A stretch of DNA of 64,000 nucleotides, taken from contig MHCJ01000003.1 of NCBI GenBank assembly GCA_001816585.1, positions 426,971-490,970 on the forward strand, written 5' to 3'. A program made the position numbers and the translations under genes. Position 1 is the first letter of the stretch. Every line of letters starts with the position of its first letter. Of the stretch, positions 9,310-19,540 are shown one piece after another. The notes under the pieces were generated by a model, which ran no database searches, was not told where the DNA came from, and worked only from the letters and a program-made list of their open reading frames with translations. The DNA is from Candidatus Chisholmbacteria bacterium RIFCSPHIGHO2_01_FULL_52_32. Lineage in GTDB: Bacteria; Patescibacteriota; Microgenomatia; UBA1400; Chisholmbacteraceae.

Positions 9310-10455
9310 ATGGCGATTGTTTTTACCAAACCGACCATCACCGGCAATGAACAAAAGTACTTCCGGCAAGCCTTACAGGCTCCTTTGACAAACCGCCACT
9401 GGGCCGGAGACGGACCGTTTACCCGAAGGTGCAGTTCTCTCATCGAAAAACGGTTCAAGGCCAGCAAAGTTCTCCTTACACCTTCCGGTACACACGCTCT
9501 CGAGCTGGCAGCTCTGCTCCTTAACCTTGGCGCAGGAGACGAAGTAATTGTCCCTTCGTTTACTTTCTCTTCGTCGATCAACTGTTTCATGCTTGCAGGA
9601 GCAAGGCCGGTGTTTGTCGACGTTCGAGAGGACACGCTCAATATCGATGAACATCTCATCGAAAAGAACATCAGCAAGCGAACGCGGGCCATTTTTCCCG
9701 TCCATTATGCGGGTGTATCCTGCAATATGAAAAAAATCAATGCGATTGCAAAAGCCCACGGGCTGGCTGTGGTCGAGGACGCGGCTCAGGCCGTGAACGC
9801 CCGCTATAACGGCAGGTATCTGGGAACCATCGGAGACTTGGGTGTCTATAGTTTCCATGAATCGAAAAATTATTCCTGCGGTGAAGGCGGTGCGCTTGTC
9901 ATCAACGATGCCGGCCTCATCGAGCTGGCGGAAATATTGCGGGAGAAGGGTACCAACAGAAGCAAATTTTTCCGGGGGGAGGTGGATAAGTATACCTGGG
10001 TTGATGTCGGATCCTCTTACCTTCTCTCGGATCTTCTGGCGGCGATCCTCTATGCCCAGCTTGAAAACCTTAACACAATTCAGCGAAGAAGGCGGCACTT
10101 GTACCGGCAATATGAACGTAAACTTCACCCACTAGCCCAGGAAGGGAAACTTCGGCTTCCCGTTATTCCAAAAGATTGCCAGACGAACTATCATATTTTT
10201 TACATCCTGTTGCCGACGGAGAGTGTGAGGAATTCCCTCATGGACTATCTTAAGAAGAAAGGTATTCTGGCGGTGTTTCATTACATTCCCCTCCATACAT
10301 CGCCGATGGGGAAACGGTTGGGATATAAAAGAGGGGATTTTCCCCTGACAGAGGAGCTGAGCGGCCGGCTGCTTCGATTACCACTCTATCCTGATCTTTC
10401 CCAAACAGAACAGCATACCGTGATACGTGCCATTCAAGAATTCTTTACCGATTGA
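9310..10455 (+). CDS. wecE: dTDP-4-amino-4,6-dideoxygalactose transaminase
   Basis: GDGPFT, TPSGTHALE, SFHESKN (PLP Lys), REKGTNRSKFFRGEVDKYTWVDVGSSY, AVFHYIPLH. Confidence 0.93.
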   Translation: MAIVFTKPTITGNEQKYFRQALQAPLTNRHWAGDGPFTRRCSSLIEKRFKASKVLLTPSGTHALELAALLLNLGAGDEVIVPSFTFSSSINCFMLAGARPVFVDVREDTLNIDEHLIEKNISKRTRAIFPVHYAGVSCNMKKINAIAKAHGLAVVEDAAQAVNARYNGRYLGTIGDLGVYSFHESKNYSCGEGGALVINDAGLIELAEILREKGTNRSKFFRGEVDKYTWVDVGSSYLLSDLLAAILYAQLENLNTIQRRRRHLYRQYERKLHPLAQEGKLRLPVIPKDCQTNYHIFYILLPTESVRNSLMDYLKKKGILAVFHYIPLHTSPMGKRLGYKRGDFPLTEELSGRLLRLPLYPDLSQTEQHTVIRAIQEFFTD

Positions 10456-10489
10456 TCACAGAGAAACACTTCTTTCCTCTTTATCTTTT

Positions 10490-11665
10490 TCAGTGATGAT
10501 AGTCACGACCGCGATGTTTTGTTTGTGAATCTTTCATGAGTGTTGAGCGAATGATACGCTCAAATTCCTCCATCCTTCTTTCGTACGTGTGATCTTTCAG
10601 CGTACGTATCTGTCCGGCTTTTGCGATCTTTTTTCTTTCCCCTTCATGAGAGAGAAAATAGTTGATTTTCCGGACAGCATCGTCTGCATCTTTGTAGGTT
10701 ACGGCCTCCCTGCCTACACGGAAAAATTCTTTGAGATTGTCTTTTGCATCGGTTAGGAGCATGGCTCCTGCCCCTGTCGCTTCAAAGAGGCGGTGGTTGT
10801 TTGCGTATATTTTTTTTACCGGAGCGACATCACCGTGGCGGTTAAACACGATTTTCGCGTTGTGATAAATATTGAACATCCTGAGGCCCCAAGCTTCTCC
10901 CTGATAATATTTCATAAGGGGAGAAGTACTTGGGAGCAGTTTCTTGACTCCGTAGCCCCAAATTTTCATCGGAACTTTCCTGACAATTTCCTCCATCACC
11001 CGTATCTCATCGAGGTGAGCCGTGGTAAACCCGCCGACAAAAACTACAGCGTGCTGTTTTTTTTGCTTCTTCACTTTCTTGAGAATACGTTTGTAAAACG
11101 CGTGTGCCATATATCTCGCTCGAATTCCCCTTTTTTCCATGTAACGAACCAGGTTCGGAAGCGAGCTTATAACAAGGTCATATTCCCGGAGCCAGGCGAA
11201 TTTATCGAAACTATACGCGATCTGACCGACAACTCCGATTCTGGTTGCCTGTTTAATCTTTCTGATCCATTCCGGCGGAAAGAGCTTGACGTTTCTTACT
11301 AAAACGATGTCGGGTTTCTGCAATCGAACCTCCTCTGCGACCATCGGTAGCCCGTATTTCAACCAGTTGGTTCTCGTTATTACCTTTCGATAAAGGAAAT
11401 TCGGCAATCTGTCAGCGATCTTCAGTAGATCGCTCTCCCAGTTCCTCCTCAACCAAAGTCGGATCAGTACGGTATCGTTCATAATGAGATCGATCGCATC
11501 GTGCCCCATTCTTCTCAGATTATAGGAATATGCATCTCCTATTCCGAATTGTCTCTTTAGGAGTGCATTCCTTGTTTTCCCGTAATCAAGCCGCCTGTCA
11601 TCGCGGCGGCCATAGAAGCTGTCTAAAAATGGTTTGTAGTAGGTGTGAACGGTGATGATTTTCAT
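10490..11665 (-). CDS. CgeB-like glycosyltransferase (Glyco_trans_1_2 type)
   Basis: NRHG...ANNHRLFEATGAGAMLLTD, AKAGQIRTLKDHTYERR. Confidence 0.85.
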   Translation of the reverse strand: MKIITVHTYYKPFLDSFYGRRDDRRLDYGKTRNALLKRQFGIGDAYSYNLRRMGHDAIDLIMNDTVLIRLWLRRNWESDLLKIADRLPNFLYRKVITRTNWLKYGLPMVAEEVRLQKPDIVLVRNVKLFPPEWIRKIKQATRIGVVGQIAYSFDKFAWLREYDLVISSLPNLVRYMEKRGIRARYMAHAFYKRILKKVKKQKKQHAVVFVGGFTTAHLDEIRVMEEIVRKVPMKIWGYGVKKLLPSTSPLMKYYQGEAWGLRMFNIYHNAKIVFNRHGDVAPVKKIYANNHRLFEATGAGAMLLTDAKDNLKEFFRVGREAVTYKDADDAVRKINYFLSHEGERKKIAKAGQIRTLKDHTYERRMEEFERIIRSTLMKDSQTKHRGRDYHH

Positions 11666-11683
11666 GCTTTCGGAGAGGCTTAA

Positions 11684-12682
11684 CTAACAAGGAAGCCCTT
11701 TTATTTTTCGTCTCAGACACCAAAGGAGACCCCGTAGCATCATAAACAATCTGTGCAGAAAGTATCTCATATCATAGAGGCTCAGCTCAACGCGCTTCCC
11801 GGTAAAGGGGGAGGTCAGTACAAGCGACGGGAAGAGACAGGCTGTGATATCCAGGAATCTGAAGAGCACCCGCTTGTAATTTCGCATTTTATACCGAGAC
11901 GGGCAGCTGAGGCGAATGAGATGATAGGAAGTGATGATATTCGACTTTGAGCGTTTCGAAAAAAGCAATTGCCGCCATTCTTTCAAACTAATCGTCCGTC
12001 GTTTGAACGATGTCCCTCCTGGTGAGGCGCTGTTTTGGACCCTCGTCTCAAATGAGAACACCATCGGAATGCCGTACCGTTTGGCCCTGAGGAAAAACTC
12101 GTAGTCAGCTCCGTAATGTACCAGCCGTTTGCTGAAGTTTCCGATGTGATGAAATACTTCAATGGGCACCAGAGTCCCGCGACCATTGAAGGTATTGATG
12201 TCCGTTGTCCATTTCTTTCTGGTCAGATCGCTGGGGACTTCTAAGGGAATTGCGCCCCCTTGTTCCCAGTCCATGAACACCGGAGCTCCCGTGAGTTTCC
12301 GCTTATTCAATTCGTCATAGCATGGAGACCCAACAATGGCGCGTTTATGATCAAGGCTCACTGAGACGATTTTTTTTACATAATGCCCGTCAAACGTCGT
12401 GTCATCGTTCATCAACAGTACGAAATCACCCTTTCCCGATCTCATTAGGATATGTTCTACTCCCATCCGCATCGCACCTCCCCACCAGAGATTTCCATTG
12501 CCTTTCAATGCAGTCACGTGCGGATATTCTCTGCTTAACATCTCGGTCGTGCCGTCTGTGGTGCCATCGTCTATAACCACTGTTTCCACATTCTTATAGC
12601 TCTGCATGCGGACACAGCGCAGGCACTTCCGGAGCAATTCCTTTCGATTGTGGGTCGGGATGAGGATGAAGACTTTATGCAT
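11684..12682 (-). CDS. GT2 glycosyltransferase
   Basis: IPTHNR, DDGTTDGT, GNLWWGG, MNDD, HYGAD. Confidence 0.9.
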   Translation of the reverse strand: MHKVFILIPTHNRKELLRKCLRCVRMQSYKNVETVVIDDGTTDGTTEMLSREYPHVTALKGNGNLWWGGAMRMGVEHILMRSGKGDFVLLMNDDTTFDGHYVKKIVSVSLDHKRAIVGSPCYDELNKRKLTGAPVFMDWEQGGAIPLEVPSDLTRKKWTTDINTFNGRGTLVPIEVFHHIGNFSKRLVHYGADYEFFLRAKRYGIPMVFSFETRVQNSASPGGTSFKRRTISLKEWRQLLFSKRSKSNIITSYHLIRLSCPSRYKMRNYKRVLFRFLDITACLFPSLVLTSPFTGKRVELSLYDMRYFLHRLFMMLRGLLWCLRRKIKGLPC

Positions 12683-13859
12683 GCGTTATCGACTTTCCGA
12701 TAAACATTTTGATTCGCCTTGCCCGGTTGTCCCAACTAAGGCCTTCTGCCAGAAAATACGCAAGTTTCGCGCGGCTGTTTGCCTTGATAGAGTCCTTCAG
12801 CACTCTGAGAATTCCTTCGGCAAGTGCCTGCGGGTCATTCGGACGGACAAACACGGCAGACTCGTCGCCGAGAATCTCCCGCAGCGCCGGAAGGTCGGAG
12901 GCGACGATAGGGCGTTTGGCTGCCATATAATCGAGCATCTTCATGGGTGTAGTAAAAAATTCGGATTCTTCATCGGTGACAATATTGGGCAGGACACAGA
13001 CATCAGCTGCCGAGAGATATGTTGGGATCCTCCTTCTCTCTTGGAATCCGATGAGCGTGACCTGGGTAAGGCTATTTTTTACTATTACGCTTTTAAGCGG
13101 CTCGATATTTCTGTCTGCCTCACTCCCTCCCACTAAAACAACCTTCACATTCTTCGAGAGGTTATTGGCTGCTTCCAAGAGGACATAGACTCCTTTTGAA
13201 ACATAGAAATTTCCGAGATACAAGACAATGTGTTGGTTTCGTGGTAAACCAAGCTGTTGCCTCGCCGTGAGTTTTGGAATCATCTTTTCCGAAAGAGAGA
13301 GGTCCGCACCATTTGGAGCAACAAGGATTTTTTCTTCGGCTACACCTTCTGATTCGACCTTTTTTAAAAGAAATCGATTCGTGACCACGATTCCGTTGGC
13401 TCTTTTTAGGATCTGTCTTAAAACCGCTTTCCCCGCCGTCGTCTTCGGAAACGTGTGAAGCTCGAGGAAAAGGTTTTTCCTTACAAAACTTAAGAGAACG
13501 AAAAGATAGGGATCACGAGTAAAGAGTGTCGCTGGTAAATGAATGAGTCCAAAAATCGTCACCGAGAAGAGGAACGTAATTGTCTCTAATGCGTATAAAA
13601 ACCTACCGAGTCGGGGAAATGGCTTGTAAAGGAAAAACCAGTCAATGCATGGAAGATAGATCGGTTTAATCTCGCAGGAAAGATCGTAAAACTCCCCGGG
13701 AGAAAGCTTCTCAAAGACCCGCCTTTTCGGGATAACCAGATTCACATTGATATGTTTCCGTGTGAGCGCCTCAATTGTCTTGGCGATTTGGAGACCATGC
13801 GCTTTCTCCGTTGGAAAGCGGGCATTGGCGATATAGGTTAAACTCATTTTACTGTTCAT
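12675..13859 (-). CDS. GT4 glycosyltransferase
   Basis: RFPTEKAHGLQI, PNG, TPMKMLDYMAAKRPIVASD. Confidence 0.9.
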   Translation of the reverse strand: MNSKMSLTYIANARFPTEKAHGLQIAKTIEALTRKHINVNLVIPKRRVFEKLSPGEFYDLSCEIKPIYLPCIDWFFLYKPFPRLGRFLYALETITFLFSVTIFGLIHLPATLFTRDPYLFVLLSFVRKNLFLELHTFPKTTAGKAVLRQILKRANGIVVTNRFLLKKVESEGVAEEKILVAPNGADLSLSEKMIPKLTARQQLGLPRNQHIVLYLGNFYVSKGVYVLLEAANNLSKNVKVVLVGGSEADRNIEPLKSVIVKNSLTQVTLIGFQERRRIPTYLSAADVCVLPNIVTDEESEFFTTPMKMLDYMAAKRPIVASDLPALREILGDESAVFVRPNDPQALAEGILRVLKDSIKANSRAKLAYFLAEGLSWDNRARRIKMFIGKSITHA

Positions 13860-13930
13860 CCGGTCACATGAGCCGCAACAGCCAGCCTTTCTCTAACGCT
13901 CTACCTTGGTGAATATCATCTATCGACTAT

Positions 13931-13938
13931 ATTATAAT
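13931..13938. promoter_or_regulatory. Palindromic ATTATAAT giving a TATAAT -10 box on both strands between divergent genes
   Basis: TATAAT at 13933-13938 (+) and 13936-13931 (-), in the gap between the divergent starts at 13859 and 13981. Confidence 0.45.
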
Positions 13939-13980
13939 TTGTGATTGGACAGTTACTACTTGGATTATATAGGATATATC

Positions 13981-14907
13981 ATGATGAAACGACTGCGTAT
14001 TGGCCTTGTCGGTTGCGGGAACTGGGGAAAAAATATTCTCCGAGATCTTATCAGCTTGGGTTGTGAGATTCACGTCGTAGCCCGATCAAAAGAATCAAAA
14101 CAAAGAGCCAAGCAATACGGTGCAACCAAGATCGTTTCTTCAGTCGGTGAGCTTTCCATGCCTCATGGCTTCATCGTTGCGACTCCAAGCGCAACTCATG
14201 CAGATGTTATCGATCAGCTCATCGGAGAATATCCTGGTATCCCAATATATACGGAAAAACCCTTAGCAATAGATTTGGCCGGTGCGAAACGGTTAGCAAG
14301 AAAAGCTGCAGGAACGCTGTTTGTCATGGATAAATGGCGCTATCATGCCGGGATTCATGCCCTTCGAGACATAGCACGAAAAAAAGAGTTCGGTCGGGTT
14401 TTGGGTTTGAAATGTACGAGAGTCCAGTGGGGCAAACCGCACGACGATGCTGACTGTATCTGGCATATGACACCGCATGATTTGGCTATCACTCTGGAGA
14501 TCCTGGAATTGATTCCTGAGCCCGTGTTTGCAAGAGGTGAAATTGTTGGCGAAGAAGCAACCGGGATACTAGGTGTTCTTGGATCGAACCCCTGGGTAGT
14601 CATCACTGTATCATGCCGTTATCCGGACCGGAAAAGAGAGATACGTTTATTTTGCGAGGAAGCGGTCGCGGTACTCGATGATGCATACGGTGATCATATC
14701 AGCATTGCGTTGTCATCCAGCCTGAATAAAAAAGATTCACCAGCTATCATTTCTCGCTTAATTTCAACAAAGATGCCGCTAAAAAAGGAGCTTGAAGCTT
14801 TTGTTGCTTTTCTCCGCGGTGGACCTCCTCCCAAGAGCAGCAGTGCAGAGGGAGCGCTGATCGTCAAGCGTATCTCCCAGTTACGGAAACTGGCCAACCT
14901 GGATTAA
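13981..14907 (+). CDS. Gfo/Idh/MocA-family oxidoreductase
   Basis: IGLVGCGNWG Rossmann motif, ATPSATH, EKP, PHD. Start trimmed to ATG at 13981. Confidence 0.9.
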   Translation: MMKRLRIGLVGCGNWGKNILRDLISLGCEIHVVARSKESKQRAKQYGATKIVSSVGELSMPHGFIVATPSATHADVIDQLIGEYPGIPIYTEKPLAIDLAGAKRLARKAAGTLFVMDKWRYHAGIHALRDIARKKEFGRVLGLKCTRVQWGKPHDDADCIWHMTPHDLAITLEILELIPEPVFARGEIVGEEATGILGVLGSNPWVVITVSCRYPDRKREIRLFCEEAVAVLDDAYGDHISIALSSSLNKKDSPAIISRLISTKMPLKKELEAFVAFLRGGPPPKSSSAEGALIVKRISQLRKLANLD

Positions 14908-14911
14908 TTTC

Positions 14912-15814
14912 ATGAGCGTCCAAGCCACGGTCTTAGTTCCCACGTACAATCATGGCCCGACGTTGCGCCCCTCGGTGCAAAGTGCCCTGGATCAGACGGT
15001 ACAGGATATCGAAGTTTTTATCGTGGGTGATGGATTACCTGCAGCGACCCGTTCGATAGTCGAAGAGCTCAGAGCGAAGGACTCTCGAATCACGTTTTTC
15101 TCCCATCCCAAGGGTCCCAGACATGGAGAGATCTTCCGGCATGAGGCGTTGAATCAGGCTCGGGGAAAGATCGTTTGCTATCTGTCTGACGATGATTTAT
15201 GGCTTCCGGATCATATCGCCTACAGCCTTGAACTTTTAAAAGATGGCAATTTTGCCCATTCGCTCCCGCTACGGATCAGCACATCGGGTTTGTTTGAGAC
15301 TTGGCCGGGTAACTTATCGCTCTCGTTTTGGCGGGAATACATTATGAATGGGCACAACTTCATTCCGCTAAGCACTGCTACGCACACTCTCCGACTCTAC
15401 AAGTCTCTGCCATTCGGATGGAGAACGACTCCAAAAGGAGTTCACACAGACCTCTATATGTGGCAACAAATCCTTGCTCATCCGGCATGCCGTCCGGTGA
15501 GCGGCACGAGACCCACCGTGCTGCACTTTCACACTAAAGGAAGAGACGGTTGGACCCCACGGAAAAGGGCGGATGAGCTAAGACTGTGGAGTCAAAAAAT
15601 GAAAAACCCTCGCTTCTTCGGAGTATTACTCATCGACGTTGTACACCATCTTGCAACAGAACGTGCCCGCTTCCATGCCGAGAAGGACGATCTTAAAAAA
15701 TACATTCAGAAGATAGGATGGCGGTCGATCTGGGGTGTGTATAACTGGCTCTTAGATCAGCCCCTGACCGGTTCTATGTTGAAGAAGCGTGCCAAGCCGG
15801 CATCTGACTCATGA
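14912..15814 (+). CDS. GT2 glycosyltransferase
   Basis: VPTYNH, VGDG, YLSDDDLWLPDH. Confidence 0.88.
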   Translation: MSVQATVLVPTYNHGPTLRPSVQSALDQTVQDIEVFIVGDGLPAATRSIVEELRAKDSRITFFSHPKGPRHGEIFRHEALNQARGKIVCYLSDDDLWLPDHIAYSLELLKDGNFAHSLPLRISTSGLFETWPGNLSLSFWREYIMNGHNFIPLSTATHTLRLYKSLPFGWRTTPKGVHTDLYMWQQILAHPACRPVSGTRPTVLHFHTKGRDGWTPRKRADELRLWSQKMKNPRFFGVLLIDVVHHLATERARFHAEKDDLKKYIQKIGWRSIWGVYNWLLDQPLTGSMLKKRAKPASDS

Positions 15815-16310
15815 TGCTCTTCAGGGGCGGAAGTTTTACGTCCCGCTCCGTAAGAATCGGATCGGATGCGGGCCATGTGATTCCTGCGTCAGGATCTGCA
15901 AAATAGAATCCCAGCTCGTCTTCTTTGTCGTAGTATTCGGTGACTCCATAGACGTAGATTGAGGGTTTGAAAAAGTAAAATCCGTGCGCCACTCCGGGTG
16001 GGATGATCACAGACTGAGGATGTTTGCCCTCAATGTGGACCATCGATACCAGACCTTCTGTCGGAGATCCCTTTCGCAAATCTTTCAGTGCGTAGACGGC
16101 TTTTCCTTCAAAGATGATGACGTAATCGAAGTGCTTGATATGCACCCGCATTCCCCTGAGCGCATTTTTTTTGGACTTGACAACATTCCATTGGATGAGG
16201 GGTAATTCCTCAATCCACTTCTGTTTAAACACTTCCATAAAATACCCACGGGGGTCAACGTGTTTGGTTAAATCGCTGATCTTGACACCATCTGGGAGGT
16301 TTTGTGGCAT
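15774..16310 (-). CDS. rfbC: dTDP-4-dehydrorhamnose 3,5-epimerase family (cupin)
   Basis: DPRGYFMEVF, LRGM, DLRKGSPT, IPPGVAHGF, DP..GITWP. Confidence 0.85.
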   Translation of the reverse strand: MPQNLPDGVKISDLTKHVDPRGYFMEVFKQKWIEELPLIQWNVVKSKKNALRGMRVHIKHFDYVIIFEGKAVYALKDLRKGSPTEGLVSMVHIEGKHPQSVIIPPGVAHGFYFFKPSIYVYGVTEYYDKEDELGFYFADPDAGITWPASDPILTERDVKLPPLKSIMSQMPAWHASST

Positions 16311-16329
16311 ACACGAACAATCAGCCTTC

Positions 16330-16338
16330 AGTATAACA
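16330..16338 (-). promoter_or_regulatory. Extended -10 promoter (TGTTATACT)
   Basis: Intergenic, 19 nt upstream of the rfbC ATG. Confidence 0.5.
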
Positions 16339-16388
16339 TTTTGAAAAAATATCGGGCAGGATTGAGAAAAAGAACCGCTTGTCTGTTT

Positions 16389-17453
16389 TTATGCGTTTAT
16401 CAGTTCTTCGAGAATCTGCTTCACCTGTTTTCCAGCGATCCTAGGGGTGATGGTTTTCATGAGCGTTCGATATCCATGTTCAGCTTTCTGTTGCGCCTCG
16501 CGCGGATGAGATTTTGCCCAGAGGATCTTTTCAGCCAGCTTATTCGGACTCTGACGCGGACAAAAGATGCAGTCCTCGTCGCTGAAGATTTCTCGAGTGG
16601 CTTTGGTGTCTGCAACAATCGTCGGCAGTTTCATGCTCAGCGCTTCATATACTTTATTAGGAATAACTCGGGCAGCCTTGCCGCTTTTACCGAACGGTCC
16701 GGCGAGAAACACGCCGGCGTTGGCTGCCCGTTCCGGCAGCTGTTCATACTTCACCCTTGGAAATATCCTTAGCTTTTTCAACGGCTCCTCTTCCAACATC
16801 CGGCGTACCTTTTCAAAATCGTGCCCATCGCCGAGAAGATGAAATTCGATATCGCTCTCTTTTAGGATCCTCGCGGCTTGTACTATAACCGGTACCCCTT
16901 GGAGGGGGATGAACTTGCCGTGATAATAGGCGATCCACTTGTCTGTCTTTCTTTTTCGGGGTCTAAAAATACTGGTGTGGGTACCGACCAACACGCGATG
17001 GCACTTGTCTTTGTTGATGCCGAAGGTTTTCCGAAAGTATCGTATGTGCTGCTCGGTATCAAAAAGCAGTGCATCGGGCAGTATGCAAGAAATCTTATCG
17101 AGGAAGTAAAACCACCTGGCTATGAATGAATTTTCCTTTACCAATTCCCTGTCGAAGACATTGGTATCATACAATGAAATAAACACATCGAAGACGAGGG
17201 GGGTACCTGTCAAGAGGGAGGCGAGTTTGGCGATTATGACATCTCCGTGACCCGGTACACCGACGATCATGGCATCGAAGGGTCCGTATCTCATAAACTT
17301 GAAAAGCAGGGATATCCATCTGAAGCGAAAAGGAGCGGAACTCCTGCATTCAATCACCTTCACACCATTCTGCCTCAGACCCATCATGAGAATGTCGTTT
17401 CTGGGAAAGTGATCCCGGCTCTGGTAGTTGCCGAAATAGGCGACCTTCATCAT
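16389..17453 (-). CDS. GT4 glycosyltransferase
   Basis: YHGKFIPLQGV, RVIPNKVYEALSM. Start at MMKVAYFG (17453), preceded by AAGGA. Confidence 0.9.
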   Translation of the reverse strand: MMKVAYFGNYQSRDHFPRNDILMMGLRQNGVKVIECRSSAPFRFRWISLLFKFMRYGPFDAMIVGVPGHGDVIIAKLASLLTGTPLVFDVFISLYDTNVFDRELVKENSFIARWFYFLDKISCILPDALLFDTEQHIRYFRKTFGINKDKCHRVLVGTHTSIFRPRKRKTDKWIAYYHGKFIPLQGVPVIVQAARILKESDIEFHLLGDGHDFEKVRRMLEEEPLKKLRIFPRVKYEQLPERAANAGVFLAGPFGKSGKAARVIPNKVYEALSMKLPTIVADTKATREIFSDEDCIFCPRQSPNKLAEKILWAKSHPREAQQKAEHGYRTLMKTITPRIAGKQVKQILEELINA

Positions 17454-17586
17454 CGATTCCTTGAAATAATCTGTATCACATCGACATTCTGCAAGTCTAT
17501 ACTGCCATGTACAGGGACAGTCAGTCAAAATTATTTGTCATTGAGCGTGCGATTGCGATTTAAAAGGTCCTCCACAGTCATGAGAA

Positions 17587-17595
17587 ATTATAGCA
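17587..17595 (-). promoter_or_regulatory. Consensus extended -10 promoter (TGCTATAAT)
   Basis: Perfect TGnTATAAT in the divergent intergenic region; a weaker + strand TGGTATCCT lies at 17603-17611. Confidence 0.55.
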
Positions 17596-17690
17596 GCTCA
17601 TATGGTATCCTAACGGTAATTCCCGCGCGTCTGTAGTTTCGAGTGAGGAAGGATTCATCCGAATTAGATTATCGTTTTCCGAGAGCAGCT

Positions 17691-18827
17691 ATGAAAATCC
17701 CAAAGCACATTTCGCATTTCGAGCCGATTGTCGGCAAGGCGGAAAAGATCGAACTCATGAGGACTATCGACTCAACCTGGATCTCTGAAGGCAAACGGAC
17801 GCGCGAATTTGAGAAGAGGATTGCAAAGCTGTCCGGTGCTTCTTACGCGATCGCGGTGAATAACGGCACTGTCGGTTTGCTCGTCTCCCTTATCGCGCTT
17901 GGTATCAAACCCAACCAAGAGGTCCTTGTACCAGACCTTACGTATCTTGCGACTGTGAGTGCAATCGCTTTCTTAGGTGCTAAACCGGTGCCGGTTGATA
18001 TCGACCCAACCACGCTCCAGCTTGATGTGAATGGTTTAAAACGGCATCTCACAAAACAGACAGTTGGCGTTCTTCCGGTCCACCTCTACGGGATGTGTGT
18101 TGATATGGATCCTTTGCTTGAGTTTGCACGGGAACATCATCTCTGGGTGCTTGAAGATGCGGCAGAGGCGATCGGTGTTGGCTATAAAGGACGGCAGGTT
18201 GGTGCACTCGGTGATCTCGGTGTGTTTAGCTTCTATGCCAACAAGCTCATCACGACCGGGGAAGGTGGCTGTGTTGTGACCAACAGCAAGAGGCTTTCTG
18301 AGTTCGTCTTCCGCTTCATTCACGGAGGGAGGGAGCGCGGAAGCTATTGGGGAACATCACTGGGACTCAATTTCTGTTTTACCGATCTTCAGGCAGCTCT
18401 CGGGCTTTCGCAGCTAAAGCGACTGCGATCCCAAATCCGACGGAGACAGCATACTGACCGCCTTTATCGATCCTTGCTTTCCGATATCCGAGCCGTACAC
18501 TTCCTTGAAGCGCCAAGCTTCTGTACACCAACCTACTGGTTTACCAATATCTTTGTTCCCGATCCGCAAAAGCTGTCCATGCATCTGCGAAAGCACGGTA
18601 TTGAGACGAGGAGGATTTTCCCGCCTCTTCATCGTCAGCCGTTCCTCAAAAAGGCACTCGGGAAAACGAACAAGACGTATCCGCATTCAAACTGGGCGTA
18701 TTTCCATGGCCTTTCTCTCCCGTCCGGTCCCGGGCTAGCCGACGCGGATGTGCGATACATTTGCGGGGTGCTGCGTACCTTCTACCGCAAGTTCAGTCCT
18801 TCGGGACGAGGAAATTCACCTCGATAA
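17691..18827 (+). CDS. DegT/DnrJ/EryC1/StrS PLP aminotransferase (perosamine-synthase-like)
   Basis: VNNGT, VHLYG, EDAAEAIG, SFYANKLITTGEGG. Start trimmed to ATG at 17691. Confidence 0.92.
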   Translation: MKIPKHISHFEPIVGKAEKIELMRTIDSTWISEGKRTREFEKRIAKLSGASYAIAVNNGTVGLLVSLIALGIKPNQEVLVPDLTYLATVSAIAFLGAKPVPVDIDPTTLQLDVNGLKRHLTKQTVGVLPVHLYGMCVDMDPLLEFAREHHLWVLEDAAEAIGVGYKGRQVGALGDLGVFSFYANKLITTGEGGCVVTNSKRLSEFVFRFIHGGRERGSYWGTSLGLNFCFTDLQAALGLSQLKRLRSQIRRRQHTDRLYRSLLSDIRAVHFLEAPSFCTPTYWFTNIFVPDPQKLSMHLRKHGIETRRIFPPLHRQPFLKKALGKTNKTYPHSNWAYFHGLSLPSGPGLADADVRYICGVLRTFYRKFSPSGRGNSPR

Positions 18828-19521
18828 GGGTTTTGAGAAGGGCGAATGCATAGCGGAGGGGATCCATCTTGGTTTTCCCGTAGGTTCTGGCCGGGTAGTA
18901 GACGGGAATCTCGATTACCAGGCATTTTTTTTTCTGAAGAACCACATGGAGCCGGAGTGCCCATTCGCCAAAACCACGAAAGATCCAGGAAAGCGGCATA
19001 TCGCGTAAGCGTTTGCTTTTGATGAGGATAAAACCGCTCAAATAATCGGTAATCGGCATTCCTAAGACGAGCTTCATCGCGTCGTTTAAAAATTGACTGC
19101 CAAGGAATCGCTCTTTTTCGTCCATTCCCCCACCGCTCATATAGCGGGAACCGCTCACCACGAGATTGGGATCCTCTTCTATGCGCTTGAACATCTCCGG
19201 AATATATTTTGGATGATGATTGAAGTCCGAATCCATGAGCAGGATGTACCTGGTGGTGGCCCTTCTGATCCCATAGAGAAGTGCAGATGCTAACCCTCTC
19301 TCCTTTTTCCGGATGGTCACTTTGACCGCAAGATTAGGTTTCGAGGCCTTTTTTGCGATCAATCCGGTTCCGTCCGGGCTGTCATCATCCACGACGTGGA
19401 TCGTTACCCTCCAGCCGGAGGGGCTCATCGCCTCTCCAATTGCACGAATCAATCGGGAAATATTCCCTGCCTCATTGTAGGTCGGGAGGATGACGGTGAC
19501 TGTTCTTTCGGATTTTCGCAT
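18793..19521 (-). CDS. DPM1-like polyprenol-phosphate sugar (mannose?) synthase, GT2
   Basis: LPTYNEAGNI, VDDDSPDGT, RGLASA, MDSDFNHHP, GSRY, EIPV...R.YGKTK. Confidence 0.9.
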   Translation of the reverse strand: MRKSERTVTVILPTYNEAGNISRLIRAIGEAMSPSGWRVTIHVVDDDSPDGTGLIAKKASKPNLAVKVTIRKKERGLASALLYGIRRATTRYILLMDSDFNHHPKYIPEMFKRIEEDPNLVVSGSRYMSGGGMDEKERFLGSQFLNDAMKLVLGMPITDYLSGFILIKSKRLRDMPLSWIFRGFGEWALRLHVVLQKKKCLVIEIPVYYPARTYGKTKMDPLRYAFALLKTLIEVNFLVPKD

Positions 19522-19540
19522 TCGACGAACTTCTTTCTTT

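Noticed and set aside
9373-10128. 251-aa antisense ORF (also 5400-6053, 34941-35561, 21519-22103 and many shorter shadow ORFs)
   Set aside because: They lie within well-supported genes, on the opposite strand or in an alternate frame, and have no recognisable motifs.
10456-10489. Rho-independent terminator between convergent genes (also 16345-16388)
   Set aside because: No convincing GC-rich stem, only pyrimidine-rich sequence.
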